Of a stretch of 64,000 nt of DNA, positions 1-10,769 are shown piece after piece. The notes under the pieces are model-generated. The model made no database searches. It had not been told where the DNA came from and was given only the letters and a program-made list of their open reading frames with translations. Where the stretch lies: positions 448,001 to 512,000 of the forward strand of contig CAWCMR010000025.1 in NCBI GenBank assembly GCA_963796685.1, written 5' to 3'. Within the stretch, counting starts at the first letter, position 1. The number at the start of each line of letters is the position of its first letter. The translations under genes were made by a program, and so were the position numbers. Source of the DNA: an uncultured delta proteobacterium (GTDB lineage: Bacteria > Myxococcota_A > Polyangia > Fen-1088).

Positions 1-623
1 CCGGGTTGCAGGCCGTGGCCACGGCCAAGCGCTTGGGCGCGGTGGTCTGGGTTTCCGACGTTCGCCCCGTGGTGAAAGAGCAGGTCGAATCCCTGGGTGG
101 CAAGTTCATCGATTTGCCGGTGCAAGCGTCGCGAGAGTCGCAGGAGTCAGGCGAAGGTCAGGGCGGCTACGCCAAGGAAATGAGCAAGGAGTTCCTGGGC
201 CGCCAGCAAGCCATCATCAAGGAGCACATCGCCAGCGCCGACGCCGTCATCACGACTGCGCTCGTTCCCGGCAAGCCCGCGCCACGGCTGCTCACCGCCG
301 AGATGGTGCAAGCCATGCGGCCCGGCTCGGTGGTCGTGGATCTCGCCGCCGAGCAAGGCGGCAACTGCGAGCTCACGGTGGCCAATCAAGAGGTCGTCAG
401 GCACCGGGTGATCATCCTCGGCCACACCAACCTGCCCTCGACCATGCCCCACGACGCCAGCACGCTGTACGCGCGCAACGTTCTGGAGCTGGCCTTGCTG
501 GTCTGGAAGGGCGGCAAGCTCACCCTCGATCTGAACGACGAGATTATCCAGGGCGTCTTGCTCACGCACGACGGACAGATCACCCACGGCCCCACCGCCG
601 CAGCGGCCAAGGCGGCCCCATGA
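1..623 (+). CDS. pntA: NAD(P) transhydrogenase alpha subunit part 1 (domain I, NAD(H)-binding); 5' end lies outside the window
   Basis: GLQAVATAKRLGA, DVRP, GGYAK, ADAVITTALVPGKPAP, DLAAEQGGNC motifs; the frame is open from the window edge. Confidence 0.95.
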   Translation, partial: GLQAVATAKRLGAVVWVSDVRPVVKEQVESLGGKFIDLPVQASRESQESGEGQGGYAKEMSKEFLGRQQAIIKEHIASADAVITTALVPGKPAPRLLTAEMVQAMRPGSVVVDLAAEQGGNCELTVANQEVVRHRVIILGHTNLPSTMPHDASTLYARNVLELALLVWKGGKLTLDLNDEIIQGVLLTHDGQITHGPTAAAAKAAP

Positions 624-904
624 CCGGCGGCCTGCTCGTCTCGCTCTATCTGTTCACCCTGGCTGGCTTTCTCGGTCTCGATGTGATTCGCAAGGTTCCG
701 CCCACCCTGTACGGCGCCCTGGCCGCCGTCCTCGGCGCGGCGGCGGCCCTCTCCGTGGCCGCGGCCATCGCGGGCGCGATGGCGGGTGGTGAAAATTCCG
801 CCACGCTCTTGAGCACGATGGCCGCCGCCGTGGGCGCGGCCGGGGTGGTCGCCGGACTGGGGCGCGCCAAACGCATGCTCCGCCGAGGAGGCGCCAAACG
901 ATGA
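620..904 (+). CDS. Degenerate transhydrogenase alpha part 2 (membrane, 3-TM) paralogue
   Basis: LYLFTLAGFLGLDVIRKVPPTL matches the alpha2 N-terminus, but the HTPLMSxxNA motif is replaced by YGALAAVLGA; ATGA overlaps on both sides. Confidence 0.8.
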   Translation: MTGGLLVSLYLFTLAGFLGLDVIRKVPPTLYGALAAVLGAAAALSVAAAIAGAMAGGENSATLLSTMAAAVGAAGVVAGLGRAKRMLRRGGAKR

Positions 905-2178
905 CGGGCGAAAGCACGGTGCCTTCCGTCCTCGTCAGCCTGCGCGCCTATGCTGTTCCGTCTCTCTACATCGCCTCGGCCATCTTCTTCATCCTCGGCC
1001 TCAAGGCCATGTGCAAGGTGCGCGGGGCCGGCCGAGGGACGACCTGGCTTGCCACGGGATTCGTCTTGGCTCTGGCCGGCCAGGCCCTGGAGGTCGCGGG
1101 GCGCGACCCGACCCTGGCCCTGGTCGGCGTGAGCGCCGGTGCCGCCGTCGGATGGCTGCTCGGCCGGCGCACGCGAGTCGCATTCGGCCGTGGGTTTGGG
1201 CCCTTGCTGGCCGGCGCGGGTGGGGTGGCCTCCACCCTGGTTGCGGTGGCTGCGTTTTTTCGCGGCGAGGATTGGCCGCTCGCTGGCGCGCTCGCGCTCG
1301 CGGGAGGTTTGCGCGGAGCCGTGCTCGGGCTTGCCGTGTTCGCCGGGGTCTTCGCCCTCGTGCTCGCGGGCCTGGCTGCCTTCGGCCCGGCGGCGCGCGC
1401 CTCGGGCCAACCCGCGGCCGTGGCGCTGTCGGCGTCGGCCTCGGGTCTGGCGACGGCGGCGTTGGGTGTTGCCTTCGGCAACCCCATCGTGGTCACCGTC
1501 GGCGGGCTGGTTGCGACGGCGGCCTGGAGCTTGGCCGGGCTCGTGGCGCAGGCGCTCGGCCACAAACCCTCCGAGATCGTGCTTGGATCGAGTCACAAGA
1601 CGAGCCAGGCGCGCGACGAATACGACAACGTCCAAGCCTGCGGGTCGGAAGAAGCGGCCATGGTCTTGGAAAACGCCGGCAAGGTCGTGGTGGTCCCTGG
1701 CTACGGCATGGCCGTGGCGCAGGCCCAGCACGCGCTCCAGGAGGTCGCCAAGATGCTCGAACAGCGCGGGGCCAAGGTCCTCTACGCGATTCACCCCACC
1801 GCGGGACGGGTTCCCGGCCACATGAACATCCTGCTCGACGAGGCCAACGTTCCCGCCGCGCAGCTTGTGGATTGGCAAGCCGCCAACGCCGAGCTGGCCG
1901 ATGCCGATGTCGCCCTGGTGGTAGGCGCCAACGACATCGTGAACCCCGCCGCCGAGAACGATCCCGGCAGCGCCGTGTTCGGCATGCCCCTCCTCGACGT
2001 GGCCCGGGCGCGCACCGTCTTCGTCATCAAGCGCAGCCTGCGTCCGGGGAGCGCGGGCGTGAAGAACGCGCTCTTCGAGCGCAGCCACGTCACCATGGTC
2101 TTCGGCGACGCCAAGAAGGTCCTGCAGGCCATCGGCGCCGAGCTCAAGGCCCAGCTTCCCAAAGCGGCGGCGGCGTAG
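901..2178 (+). CDS. Transhydrogenase beta-subunit paralogue with degenerate membrane domain and intact domain III
   Basis: C-terminal VVPGYGMAVAQAQH, HPTAGRVPGHMN, GANDIVNPAA, GMP, KRS, FGDAK are conserved; the N-terminal TM region is Ala/Gly-rich and lacks the channel motifs. Confidence 0.85.
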   Translation: MTGESTVPSVLVSLRAYAVPSLYIASAIFFILGLKAMCKVRGAGRGTTWLATGFVLALAGQALEVAGRDPTLALVGVSAGAAVGWLLGRRTRVAFGRGFGPLLAGAGGVASTLVAVAAFFRGEDWPLAGALALAGGLRGAVLGLAVFAGVFALVLAGLAAFGPAARASGQPAAVALSASASGLATAALGVAFGNPIVVTVGGLVATAAWSLAGLVAQALGHKPSEIVLGSSHKTSQARDEYDNVQACGSEEAAMVLENAGKVVVVPGYGMAVAQAQHALQEVAKMLEQRGAKVLYAIHPTAGRVPGHMNILLDEANVPAAQLVDWQAANAELADADVALVVGANDIVNPAAENDPGSAVFGMPLLDVARARTVFVIKRSLRPGSAGVKNALFERSHVTMVFGDAKKVLQAIGAELKAQLPKAAAA

Positions 2179-2180
2179 CC

Positions 2181-2492
2181 ATGGACAGCGGGCTCATTCT
2201 CTGGACCGTGATGATGTTCGTGCTGGCGGCGTTCGTCGGCCATCACGTCATTCACGGAGTTCCTCCCCTGCTGCACACGCCCCTCATGTCCGCGACCAAC
2301 GCCATTTCCGCCATCTCGGTGGTAGGCGCCATCGTAGTGGCCGGCTCGCACTACGAGAGCGTGCGCACCATCCTCGGTGTCACCGCGGTGGCCGCCGCCA
2401 TGTGCAACGTGGTGGGCGGCTTTCTCATCACCGAGCGCATGCTCAAGATGTTCAAGGGCGGTCGCACCGACCCGAAAGACAAAGGCCACTAG
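2181..2492 (+). CDS. pntA: NAD(P) transhydrogenase alpha subunit part 2 (canonical)
   Basis: ATG at 2181 inside the listed ORF 1011..2492; VPPLLHTPLMSATNAISA and NVVGGFLITERMLKMF. Confidence 0.93.
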   Translation: MDSGLILWTVMMFVLAAFVGHHVIHGVPPLLHTPLMSATNAISAISVVGAIVVAGSHYESVRTILGVTAVAAAMCNVVGGFLITERMLKMFKGGRTDPKDKGH

Positions 2493-2494
2493 CC

Positions 2495-3886
2495 ATGTCG
2501 CCCGAGCAAATCATCGAGATCGCCTATTTCGTCGCGGCGGTCCTGTTCATCCTGGGCCTCAAGCTGCTGGCATCGCCCAGCACCTCGCGCCGGGGCATGC
2601 ACCTGGCCGAGATCGGCATGGTGGTGGCCATCGCCGGCACGCTGCTCGATCACCACATCCTGACCTACACGTGGATCGTCACGGGCGCGGTCATCGGCAC
2701 GGTGGCGGGCGTGATCATCGCGGTGTGGACGCCCATGACCGCCATGCCGCAACGAACGGCGCTTTCGCACGCCTTCGGCGCCGCCGCTGCCGCGCTGGTC
2801 GGGATCTCGCACTTCTATTCCGAAGGCGCGCATCTCGAGGCCGGCACCATGGTCGCCCTGGGCATCGAGGTCCTGCTCGGCAGCCTCACTTTCACGGGCA
2901 GCATGATCGCCTTTTCCAAGCTGCAGGGCTGGTTGCCCGGCATGCCCATGACCTTCAAGGGCCAGAACATCTTCAACATGTCGCTCCTGGCGGGCCTCGT
3001 CACGGCCACGGTTTGGGTGATCGTCAATCCGCAGACGAGCTGGCTCTTCTACGCCGTGGTGGCGTTGGCGCTGGTGTTCGGCGTGCTCTTCGTCATTCCC
3101 ATCGGCGCGGCCGACATGCCGGTGGTGATCGCCATCCTCAATTCCTATGCCGGTCTCGCCGGCGCCGCGACCGGCTTCGCGCTCGACAACAAGATCCTCG
3201 TCATCGCCGGCACCCTCGACGGCGCCTCGGGCCTCATCCTGTCCATCATCATGTGCAAGGCCATGAATCGCTCCATCACCAACGTTCTGTTCGGTGCCTT
3301 CGGCAAACCGCCCGAGGCCGGCGCCGATACCGGCGTGAAAGGCAACATCCGCGCCATCGGCGCCGATCAAGCGGCCGACCTCTTGGCCGCCAGCGTGAGC
3401 GTGGTCGTGATCCCGGGCTACGGTATGGCCGTATCGCAAGCCCAGCACGCGGTCAAGGAGCTCGCCGACGCGCTCGGCGAACGCGGTATCGACGTCCGGT
3501 ACGCGGTTCACCCGGTGGCCGGGCGCATGCCCGGGCACATGAATGTGCTGCTCGCCGAGGCGGGCGTCCCCTACGACCAACTCTTCGACATGGATCACAT
3601 CAACGACGACTTTCCCCGCGTCGACGTGGCCATCGTGATCGGGGCCAACGACGTGGTCAATCCCGCGGCTCGCAACAACAAGTCGAGCCCGATCTATGGC
3701 ATGCCCATCCTCAACGTCGACCAGGCCAAGTCCGTGCTCGTGCTCAAGCGCTCCATGGCCACCGGATTCGCCGGCATCGAAAACGAGCTCTTCTACATGC
3801 CCAATTGCATGATGGTGTTCGGCGACGCCCGCAAGACCGTGGGCGAGCTCTCATCGGCCCTCAAGCGCCAGGCCAAGGCCGCGTAG
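2495..3886 (+). CDS. pntB: NAD(P) transhydrogenase beta subunit (canonical)
   Basis: MTAMPQRTALSHAFG, GAADMPVVIAILNSYAG, MCKAMNRS, PGYGMAVSQAQH, HPVAGRMPGHMN, GANDVVNPAA. Confidence 0.95.
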   Translation: MSPEQIIEIAYFVAAVLFILGLKLLASPSTSRRGMHLAEIGMVVAIAGTLLDHHILTYTWIVTGAVIGTVAGVIIAVWTPMTAMPQRTALSHAFGAAAAALVGISHFYSEGAHLEAGTMVALGIEVLLGSLTFTGSMIAFSKLQGWLPGMPMTFKGQNIFNMSLLAGLVTATVWVIVNPQTSWLFYAVVALALVFGVLFVIPIGAADMPVVIAILNSYAGLAGAATGFALDNKILVIAGTLDGASGLILSIIMCKAMNRSITNVLFGAFGKPPEAGADTGVKGNIRAIGADQAADLLAASVSVVVIPGYGMAVSQAQHAVKELADALGERGIDVRYAVHPVAGRMPGHMNVLLAEAGVPYDQLFDMDHINDDFPRVDVAIVIGANDVVNPAARNNKSSPIYGMPILNVDQAKSVLVLKRSMATGFAGIENELFYMPNCMMVFGDARKTVGELSSALKRQAKAA

Positions 3887-4324
3887 GGCTAGCCGCAATG
3901 CCGTTCGGATAAGCCTAGGAAAGTGCTGTTAGGCGACCCGCCGGCTTCGGCGTGGCGGGTCCTGTCAGCTCGGGTTTGCTCCCCGTCGTGTGCTGCGGTC
4001 GATTCAATTCGCAAATTGCACAAAGCGACGATCCCGGAGTGCGCCTGCAGCACAGGCGGCACGCGACCTCACGTTGGAGGGCTTCGACACCTCGCCCAGC
4101 GAATGCCGTCATAATTAGAACCGGTGCTTGCGCTCGATCAGCCGATGCCGCTGTAGGACATGTCCCTGCGATCAAAAGCGTCCGAACGGGCATCGACGGC
4201 GCTCCTGCCCGATCACCACCCTTCTTCATTCTCCGTGCTTCTGCTACGCTTTCTCCTTAGCCTTTCGCGGCGAAAGCCGACCCAGCTTGATCCACGGATC
4301 GAACAGCGAGGAAAGGAAGCCCCC

Positions 4325-6366
4325 ATGACCCCAGCGGCCCGAACGAATTGGTTCATGGTCCTGCTTGTCAGCGCCTCGATGGGCGTGGTCGCGTGCGGAC
4401 AGGACGCTCCTTCATCCGCGCGCCCTCGCGATGCTGCCGCTGGAGGTGCGGCCGGCGGGTCCTCGGGCGGCAACAGCGGCGAAGTGGGAGGTTCGGGGGC
4501 AGCTCGGGCCGCGCCGGTGCGGGCGGCGCAGCCGGCAGCGGAGGTGCCTCGAGCGGCTCGGGCGGTGGCGCGGGAGGCGTCGGCGGCAGTGCCGGCTCGG
4601 GAGGTGCGAGCGGCAGGGGCGGATCGGGTGGATCCGCGACGTCCAATGGCGGATCGAGCGGTGCCGGCGGATCGGCTGGCAGCTCGGGCGGTGCGAGCGG
4701 CTCCGGTGGCTCGAGCGGAGGCCGCGATGCGGCCGCCGATCTCGCCAAGTCGGATGGCAGCGCGCCGAATCGCTTCGACACGGCCCCGGACCTGGCTGGG
4801 CGAGATACACCCGGCGCGCCCGACTTGGCGGGAACCGATGCGGCCTGTCCGGACGGGCAGGCGTTGTGTGGCGCCTCTTGCGTCGACATCACCACGACCG
4901 CTCACTGTGGCGGATGCACCATCGTCTGCGGCGCGAACCAGGCCTGCATCGCCGGCGCGTGTGTGGAAGGCGGCAGCACCAGCGGCGACGGTTGCACGAG
5001 CAACCTTGCCAGCAACCTGACCCTGCAACAGATCGCCGTGTACCAGACGGTCAAGATCCCGGTCATGAAGGACGGCGCCGAGGTCGCGGCCGCCTCGCGC
5101 AACGCCGGCGTGATCCAGGGGAAGAGCGCGCTCTTCCGGGTCTTCGTGACCCTGGGCAGCGGCTGGGTCGCGCGCGATCTCGCCGCCCGCCTGACGGTGA
5201 CGCCATCCGATGGGCAAGCGGTGCAGTACTATTCGAAGAAGACCCTCAGCGCTTCGTCGGTCGAAAACGACCTCAAGACGACCTTCCAGATCTTCGTTCC
5301 AGCGAGCGCCATGGCCGGCTCGCTTCGCTATTCCGTCGAGGTTGACGAGTGCGCCGACCAGTCGGGCACCGCCGGACAAGCCCGTTTCCCGGCCAGCGGC
5401 GACATCGACCTCGGCGTGAAGACCACGGGTGGCCTCAAGATCAAGGTCATCCCGCTAGAGTTCAACTCGCTCTTGCCCGACACCTCGCCGACTGCTCTGG
5501 CGGTTTATGCCGACGAGATGGCGACCGAATATCCCATCAGCGACCTCTCGATCACCGTGGGTGACACGCTGACCGCGACCTCGCCCATCGACTGGAGCGG
5601 CATGCTGGATCAGGTTCGCGCCAAGCGCAGCGCCGACAAGCCGGCCGCCGACGTCTACTATTTCGGTCTGATCAAGCCCGCCGACACCCTTCGCACCTAC
5701 TGCCAGTCCAGTTGCACCACCGGAATCGGATTCGTCGTGACCAGCGCAACAGGCACCACGGCGGGTTCCGGCCGGGCCGCCGTGGGCGTCGGTTTCGCGG
5801 ACAAGACGTCCGCCCAGACCATGTCCCACGAGGTGGGCCACAACCACGGACGCAACCACGCGCCCTGCTCCACCGCCGGCACCATCACCGGGGTCGATCC
5901 CAACTTCCCCTACACCAACGGATCCATCGGAAGCTGGGGCTTCGACTACCGCACGCAGGCGCTGCTGGACCCGGCCAAGTACAGCGACATCATGGGCTAC
6001 TGCAACAACAAGTGGATGAGCGACTACACCTACAGCGGTATCGGCACGCGGGTGGCAGCGGTGAACGGCGTCGCCTTGGTCTACACGCCCGCCTACGCGC
6101 TCGCGCGCTGGCGAATCCTGCTGGTCGACGAGCGCGGGCCACGCTGGGGAATTCCCGTCACCCATGACGCCCCCGCCGAAGGCGAAGCCGAGTCGGCCAC
6201 GATTTACGACGCCACGGGCGCAGCGCTGGCCAGCGTTACGGTCTACCGCACGGACATCGCCGACGTGTCCGCCAGCATGTACATGGTTCCCGAGCCGCAG
6301 CCGAGCTGGTACGCCGTATCCGTGGCCGGCGAACCGCCCCTGCCCTTCGCGGCGCGGACGAAGTAG
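4325..6366 (+). CDS. Lipoprotein zinc metallopeptidase (M66-like) with Gly/Ser linker and Cys-rich module; one frameshift near 4495-4500
   Basis: Signal peptide with lipobox VVAC in one frame joins the Gly-rich frame at the G5 run near 4495; CxxGQxLCGxxCVD...HCGGC module; HEVGHNHGRNH zinc motif; SDIMGYC Met-turn. Confidence 0.75.
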
Positions 6367-6410
6367 TCACTCGGAGTCGTTACCCGAGGAGGCCTCGCCG
6401 CCGACAGCCG

Positions 6411-9108
6411 CTACGATTTCCGACGCCGGCGAAGCAACACCAGCCCCACCAGAACCATCGCCAGGTAGGGCGCGGACGAGGCTCGAGCGTGGCGAGGCGA
6501 TGGCGCAAAATCCACCCCCTTGTAGTTTCAAGTCTTCGGCGACCGGAGCGGCATCCTTGTTGGCCGGCATGGCAGCGTCGTCCTTCGTCACAGGGCTGGC
6601 GGTATCAGGGTTCGGCTCGGGCCCCGGTTCGGCGCCCGAAGCCAGCGTGTCGGCCAGAACATCCGGAGCGACGTCGGCCGCCGGCTCTTTGGTATCGGAC
6701 ACGTTTCCACCGTCGAGGAAGGGCAAGAGATCTTCCTTCTCCGTGTCCTCGGTCGCATCGAGGGCGACGACGGGGGCGGTGTCGTCGCCCACGCTCACCG
6801 CTGAATCGGGGCCCGAAAGAAGATCTTCGTTTGCAAGGGCATCGGCGCCCTCGGCATCGACGAACGCGGGGGGCGCGTCCTCGCCACCGAGATCCGGCGA
6901 TGGGGATTCGGCATCGACGCCTCCGTCGAGCCCAAGCGCGTTCGCCTGCACGGTCCAGGTGAAAACGGGCGGATCCGTTTCCACGTTTCCGGCCTGATCC
7001 GTCGCGCGCACGGTGAGGGTGTGCGAGCCGTCGCTCAACGTCGGCGTGGTGTAGCTCGCGGTGCACGACGTCCAGGTGGCTCCGCCATCGAGGCTGCACT
7101 CGTAGGTCACCGGGCTCTCGCTGTTCGTGAAGGTGAACGTGCCGGTGGCGGTGTTCGACGGATCGTCCGGATGGGTCGCGATGGTGGTGACCGGCGGAAC
7201 GGTGTCGACGAGCCAGGTGTGAGTCACCGGAGGATCCTCGACGTTGCTACTCAAATCCGTCGAACGGACCGACAGAGTGTGCGAGCCGTCGGCCAACGCG
7301 GGCGTGGTGTAATTCGCGGTGCAGGCCACCCAAGTGGTCCCTCCATCGAGGCTGCATTCGTAGGTCACCGGGCTCTCGCTGTTCGTGAAGGTGAAGGCGC
7401 CCGTCGCGCTCTTCGAATGATCCGGCGGGAAGGTCGCAATCGTGGTGACCGGCGCCGTGGTGGTCCCGCAGTAGGGGAAGAGGCTGGCGTTGCCATTGGT
7501 CAGGCCGGCGTGGCCGGCGGTGGCCCCGTTGGTACGGAAGTTGGCCATGGCCGACGCTGCCACGGTGGTCCTGCCGCCAAGTGCCCCCGCCGCCGAGAGC
7601 GAGGGCGTTCCACCCGAGACAGCGACATATCCGCCGCCGCCGCCGCCGCCAGGGCCCTCGACCTCGTTGGCGTTGATGCCGTTTGTGTGGTTCCCGCCGA
7701 TGCCACCGTTGGCGGTAACGGTGATGGTCGCGGGAAGGCCGCCCGAGTTGACAACCACCGTGCCGCCGCCGCCGCCGCCACCGCCTGCATCTCCGGCCGT
7801 ACCCGCAGCACCTGTCGAGCTACCGCCGACATCGCCGTCGGCGTGCAAGGCGCCACTTCCGGCCACCGCGCCGGCGATGATGAAGATCAAGCCACCGCCA
7901 CGTCCGCCGGGACCCGCCACGCCGTTGTTGCCGTCGCCCGCCCCGCCACCGCCGCCCATGAATAGGCGCGTTGCAGGATTGTTCGGCACCGGGTGCCCGC
8001 CAAGACCGCCGATCACGCGGCGATCATCACCGCCCCAAGCGGGCAGGCCCGGCGCCCCGGTGTTGGTCGTCGGATCGAGGTTGCCGCCGCCGTTGGCAGA
8101 GTACGAGTAGCCGCCACGACCACCGCCCTCGGAGTTGGCAAGTGTGGTGACTTCGAGGGGCCAGGCGAGGGTGCCACCCACGACGTCAGGCTCCACCAGC
8201 ATCACGCCGAGGCCGCCATTCCAACCGGCGGGATCTCCCGCATTGGCACCGCCGCCACCGCCGGCATTGTGCGAAGCCCCACCCCCACCGGCGTTGGCCG
8301 GCGCTCCCCGACCGTACTGCCCCGACGTGTACTCGGCTTGGTATCCGGCAATGCCTTCACCCTTTTCCGCGCCCGTGGTGGCATCCATCGAGCCGTACAC
8401 CACCGGCGTCAGCCCCGTGGTGTTTCGGCTGTCGTGCGCGACGCCGCCGCGGAAGCCCTTGGCCGAAACGTCGACGCTGCCGTCGAGCTGCAAGGTGGTC
8501 TCGGCGTGAACCGCGACCATGCCACCCGTGACCCCGTCCCATGCACGAGCGGTGATGGAATTCCCGGCGCCGACCGTCAGGGTCGTGTACTGCGGAACCC
8601 GGATGACTTGCGTCTTGCCACTGCGGCTGTAGCTGTTCTTGAGTCCGCACGCCAGCGTGATCACGCCGCCGGCAGCCACACTCTCGACCCCTGCGAATTC
8701 GTAGTTGCCGGCGCCTCCCAGGTTCGAGACTGCGCCATAGGTTGCGGTGTCCGTGGTGTCGATGGTGGCACCGGCCATTTGCACGATGAGCAGAAGGTCG
8801 CCTTGCGATACGGCGCTCAGGAAGTTCGCGTTGACGTCGGTCACCGTGATGGCGGTGTCTCCGGCCACGGGATCGGCAGCACCGGCGAGCTGCGCGTAGA
8901 GGTTCACGATCGTGTTTGCTCCGGGGACCACCAACGCGCCGTCGCGCCCCACCTCGGCTTGCCGGATGTGCGTCGCCCGCTGCGTGCTGCTCTCGAACAG
9001 CGAGGGACAACCCGCGCCGGCCACCATGAGAAAGGCGACGGGCACGAGCACGAAGCCCCGCGCCACTGCACGCCGCAATGCCATCTTGATGCGATTCCTG
9101 CGTTTCAT
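6411..9108 (-). CDS. Gly-rich surface adhesin (AgmC N-terminal-like) with two Ig-like repeats, acidic linker and MYXO-CTERM tail; frameshift near 6480
   Basis: ATG at 9108 overlaps the upstream TGA; GDLLLIVQMAGA, GNYE, VIRVPQY, AWDGVTGG motifs; removing one base near 6480 gives GGGFCAIASPRSSSSAPYLAMVLVGLVLLRRRRKS* (TAG at 6411-6413). Confidence 0.78.
6946..7460 (-). repeat. Two tandem ~85-aa Ig-like repeats inside the adhesin
   Basis: Duplicated PVTTIAT...FTFTNSESPVTYECSLDGG...DGSHTL.VR.TD...NVE.PP...TW; boundaries approximate. Confidence 0.85.
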
Positions 9109-10769
9109 GGTGTCCCCTCGCCATTCTTGCTGGTCTTTTCCAAGATCTTGAACTGCACGCGGCGGTTCTTCTGCCGACCCTCGGGGGTGTCGTTGTCCGC
9201 AACAGGCTCGTCCATGCCGTAGCCGCGCGACGTGAGGCGGCTGGCGTCCACGTTGCCCCGCTTGACCAGCCACTTGACCACGGCCGCGGCGCGCTTTTCG
9301 CTGAGCCGCTGGTTGTACTTCTTGCCGCCGCGGTTGTCGGTATGCCCCTGCACCTCGATCTTGAGGATCTCCGGGTGCTCCGAGAGCACCACCGCCACCT
9401 GGAAGAGCAAGTCGTCGCTGGCCTTCAAGATCACGGCGCTGCCGGTCTTGAACTGCACCTGTTCGAGGATCACGATCTCTTGATCGGTGACCCGCACCGA
9501 AGTCGGGCAGCCGTTCTTCTGCGGATCGGGATCGGGCTTGCCCTTCTCGTTGGGGCACGCGTCCACGTCGTCCCGGATCCCGTCGCCATCGGTGTCGGGG
9601 GGACAGCCGTTCTGGGTCGGGTCTTCGCTCTTCACACCCTTCAGATCCGGGCAGGCATCGTCCCTGTCGAGGATGCCGTCGCCATCGCGATCCGGCGGCG
9701 GCGGCGGACAACCGTTCTTCTCGGGATCGTCGCTCTTCACCCCCGGCTCGTCGGGACAGGCGTCGACCCTGTCGTAGATGCCATCTTTGTCGCGATCAGC
9801 TGGTGGAACCGGCTTCTTGCGCGGTCGCGGCGGTGGTGGTGGTGGCGGCGGCAGCGGGGCGTAGGCCACGCTGGCCACCGCACGCAGGGTCGGGGTGCCG
9901 AGACCGCGGGTCATGCCAGGGCCGGCTGCCAGGCCCAGCACCAAGGGGCCGAGCCGCAGCCGCGCGCCCACGAGCCCCTCCACGTTGGTGGTCGATTTGG
10001 TGAAGCGGTCGCTGCCCACCATCACTGTGGTGCCATAGACCTCGGGCCCAATCTGCAGCATGCGATCAGCGAGGAGCAACGCGGCGGCGGCCCCGAAGGT
10101 GAGCTCGGAGCCGAGGGCGGGGCTGAGAATGACGGAGGTCGAGCCGCCGCTCTTCTTTTGCACGTCGGCGCCGGCGTTGACCGCGTAGGCGAAGCTGTCA
10201 CCCTCGCCGGAGAGCACCAGCGCAGGCATGCCGTGAACCTCGCCCGAGCTGGTGTACTTGTCCTGCTTGCCCGTGGGAACGAACAGGTATCCCGACACGC
10301 TGAGGCTGGCCAGCGAGCGGTTCTCGCCCAGCAGGCGCACGCGCAGCCCCAGCCGCAGATCGCCGGCCGCGACCCCCGACGGGGAAGCGATATCCGACGG
10401 ATTTTGGCCATTCGTGTAGAGAGCGAGCGGCATGTCGGCGAAGCCCCACAAGCGATCCCAAAGCGCGATGCCCGCGGCAGCGTGGACGATCAGCTGATTC
10501 GACACCACGTTGCCGACCGCTTGGTCGTCGCTGGCGCGGTAGAGCACGAGCGGCTTGTAGGCGTAGTCGCCGAGGAGCATGAATCGGGGCGACAGAGCCC
10601 CTCCCGGATCCCCGCCTTGCACACCGAAGAACCTGTCCCCGGCGGGCGACGGCTGAAACCGATCCAGGGAGAAACCGCCCTGCGCGTGGGTCGTCGCGGC
10701 GATGGCAAGCACCGCGATGAGCGTGGAACCGGCCACGAGCCGCTTCGTCCTAGCGTTTGTCATATCCAC
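9105..10769 (-). CDS. OmpA-family outer-membrane protein (N-terminal barrel, Pro linker, TSP3 Ca-binding repeats, OmpA C-terminal domain)
   Basis: Signal peptide; repeated DxDxDGIxDxxDACP; GHTDNRG..YNQRLSEKRA, GYG, NRRVQF. Start may be ATG 10763. Confidence 0.9.
   Translation of the reverse strand: MDMTNARTKRLVAGSTLIAVLAIAATTHAQGGFSLDRFQPSPAGDRFFGVQGGDPGGALSPRFMLLGDYAYKPLVLYRASDDQAVGNVVSNQLIVHAAAGIALWDRLWGFADMPLALYTNGQNPSDIASPSGVAAGDLRLGLRVRLLGENRSLASLSVSGYLFVPTGKQDKYTSSGEVHGMPALVLSGEGDSFAYAVNAGADVQKKSGGSTSVILSPALGSELTFGAAAALLLADRMLQIGPEVYGTTVMVGSDRFTKSTTNVEGLVGARLRLGPLVLGLAAGPGMTRGLGTPTLRAVASVAYAPLPPPPPPPPRPRKKPVPPADRDKDGIYDRVDACPDEPGVKSDDPEKNGCPPPPPDRDGDGILDRDDACPDLKGVKSEDPTQNGCPPDTDGDGIRDDVDACPNEKGKPDPDPQKNGCPTSVRVTDQEIVILEQVQFKTGSAVILKASDDLLFQVAVVLSEHPEILKIEVQGHTDNRGGKKYNQRLSEKRAAAVVKWLVKRGNVDASRLTSRGYGMDEPVADNDTPEGRQKNRRVQFKILEKTSKNGEGTP

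Noticed and set aside
9109-9711. N-terminal 200 aa of the listed 1114-aa ORF
   Set aside because: Overlaps the ompA-like gene in another frame; the real start is ATG 9108 with RBS and signal peptide
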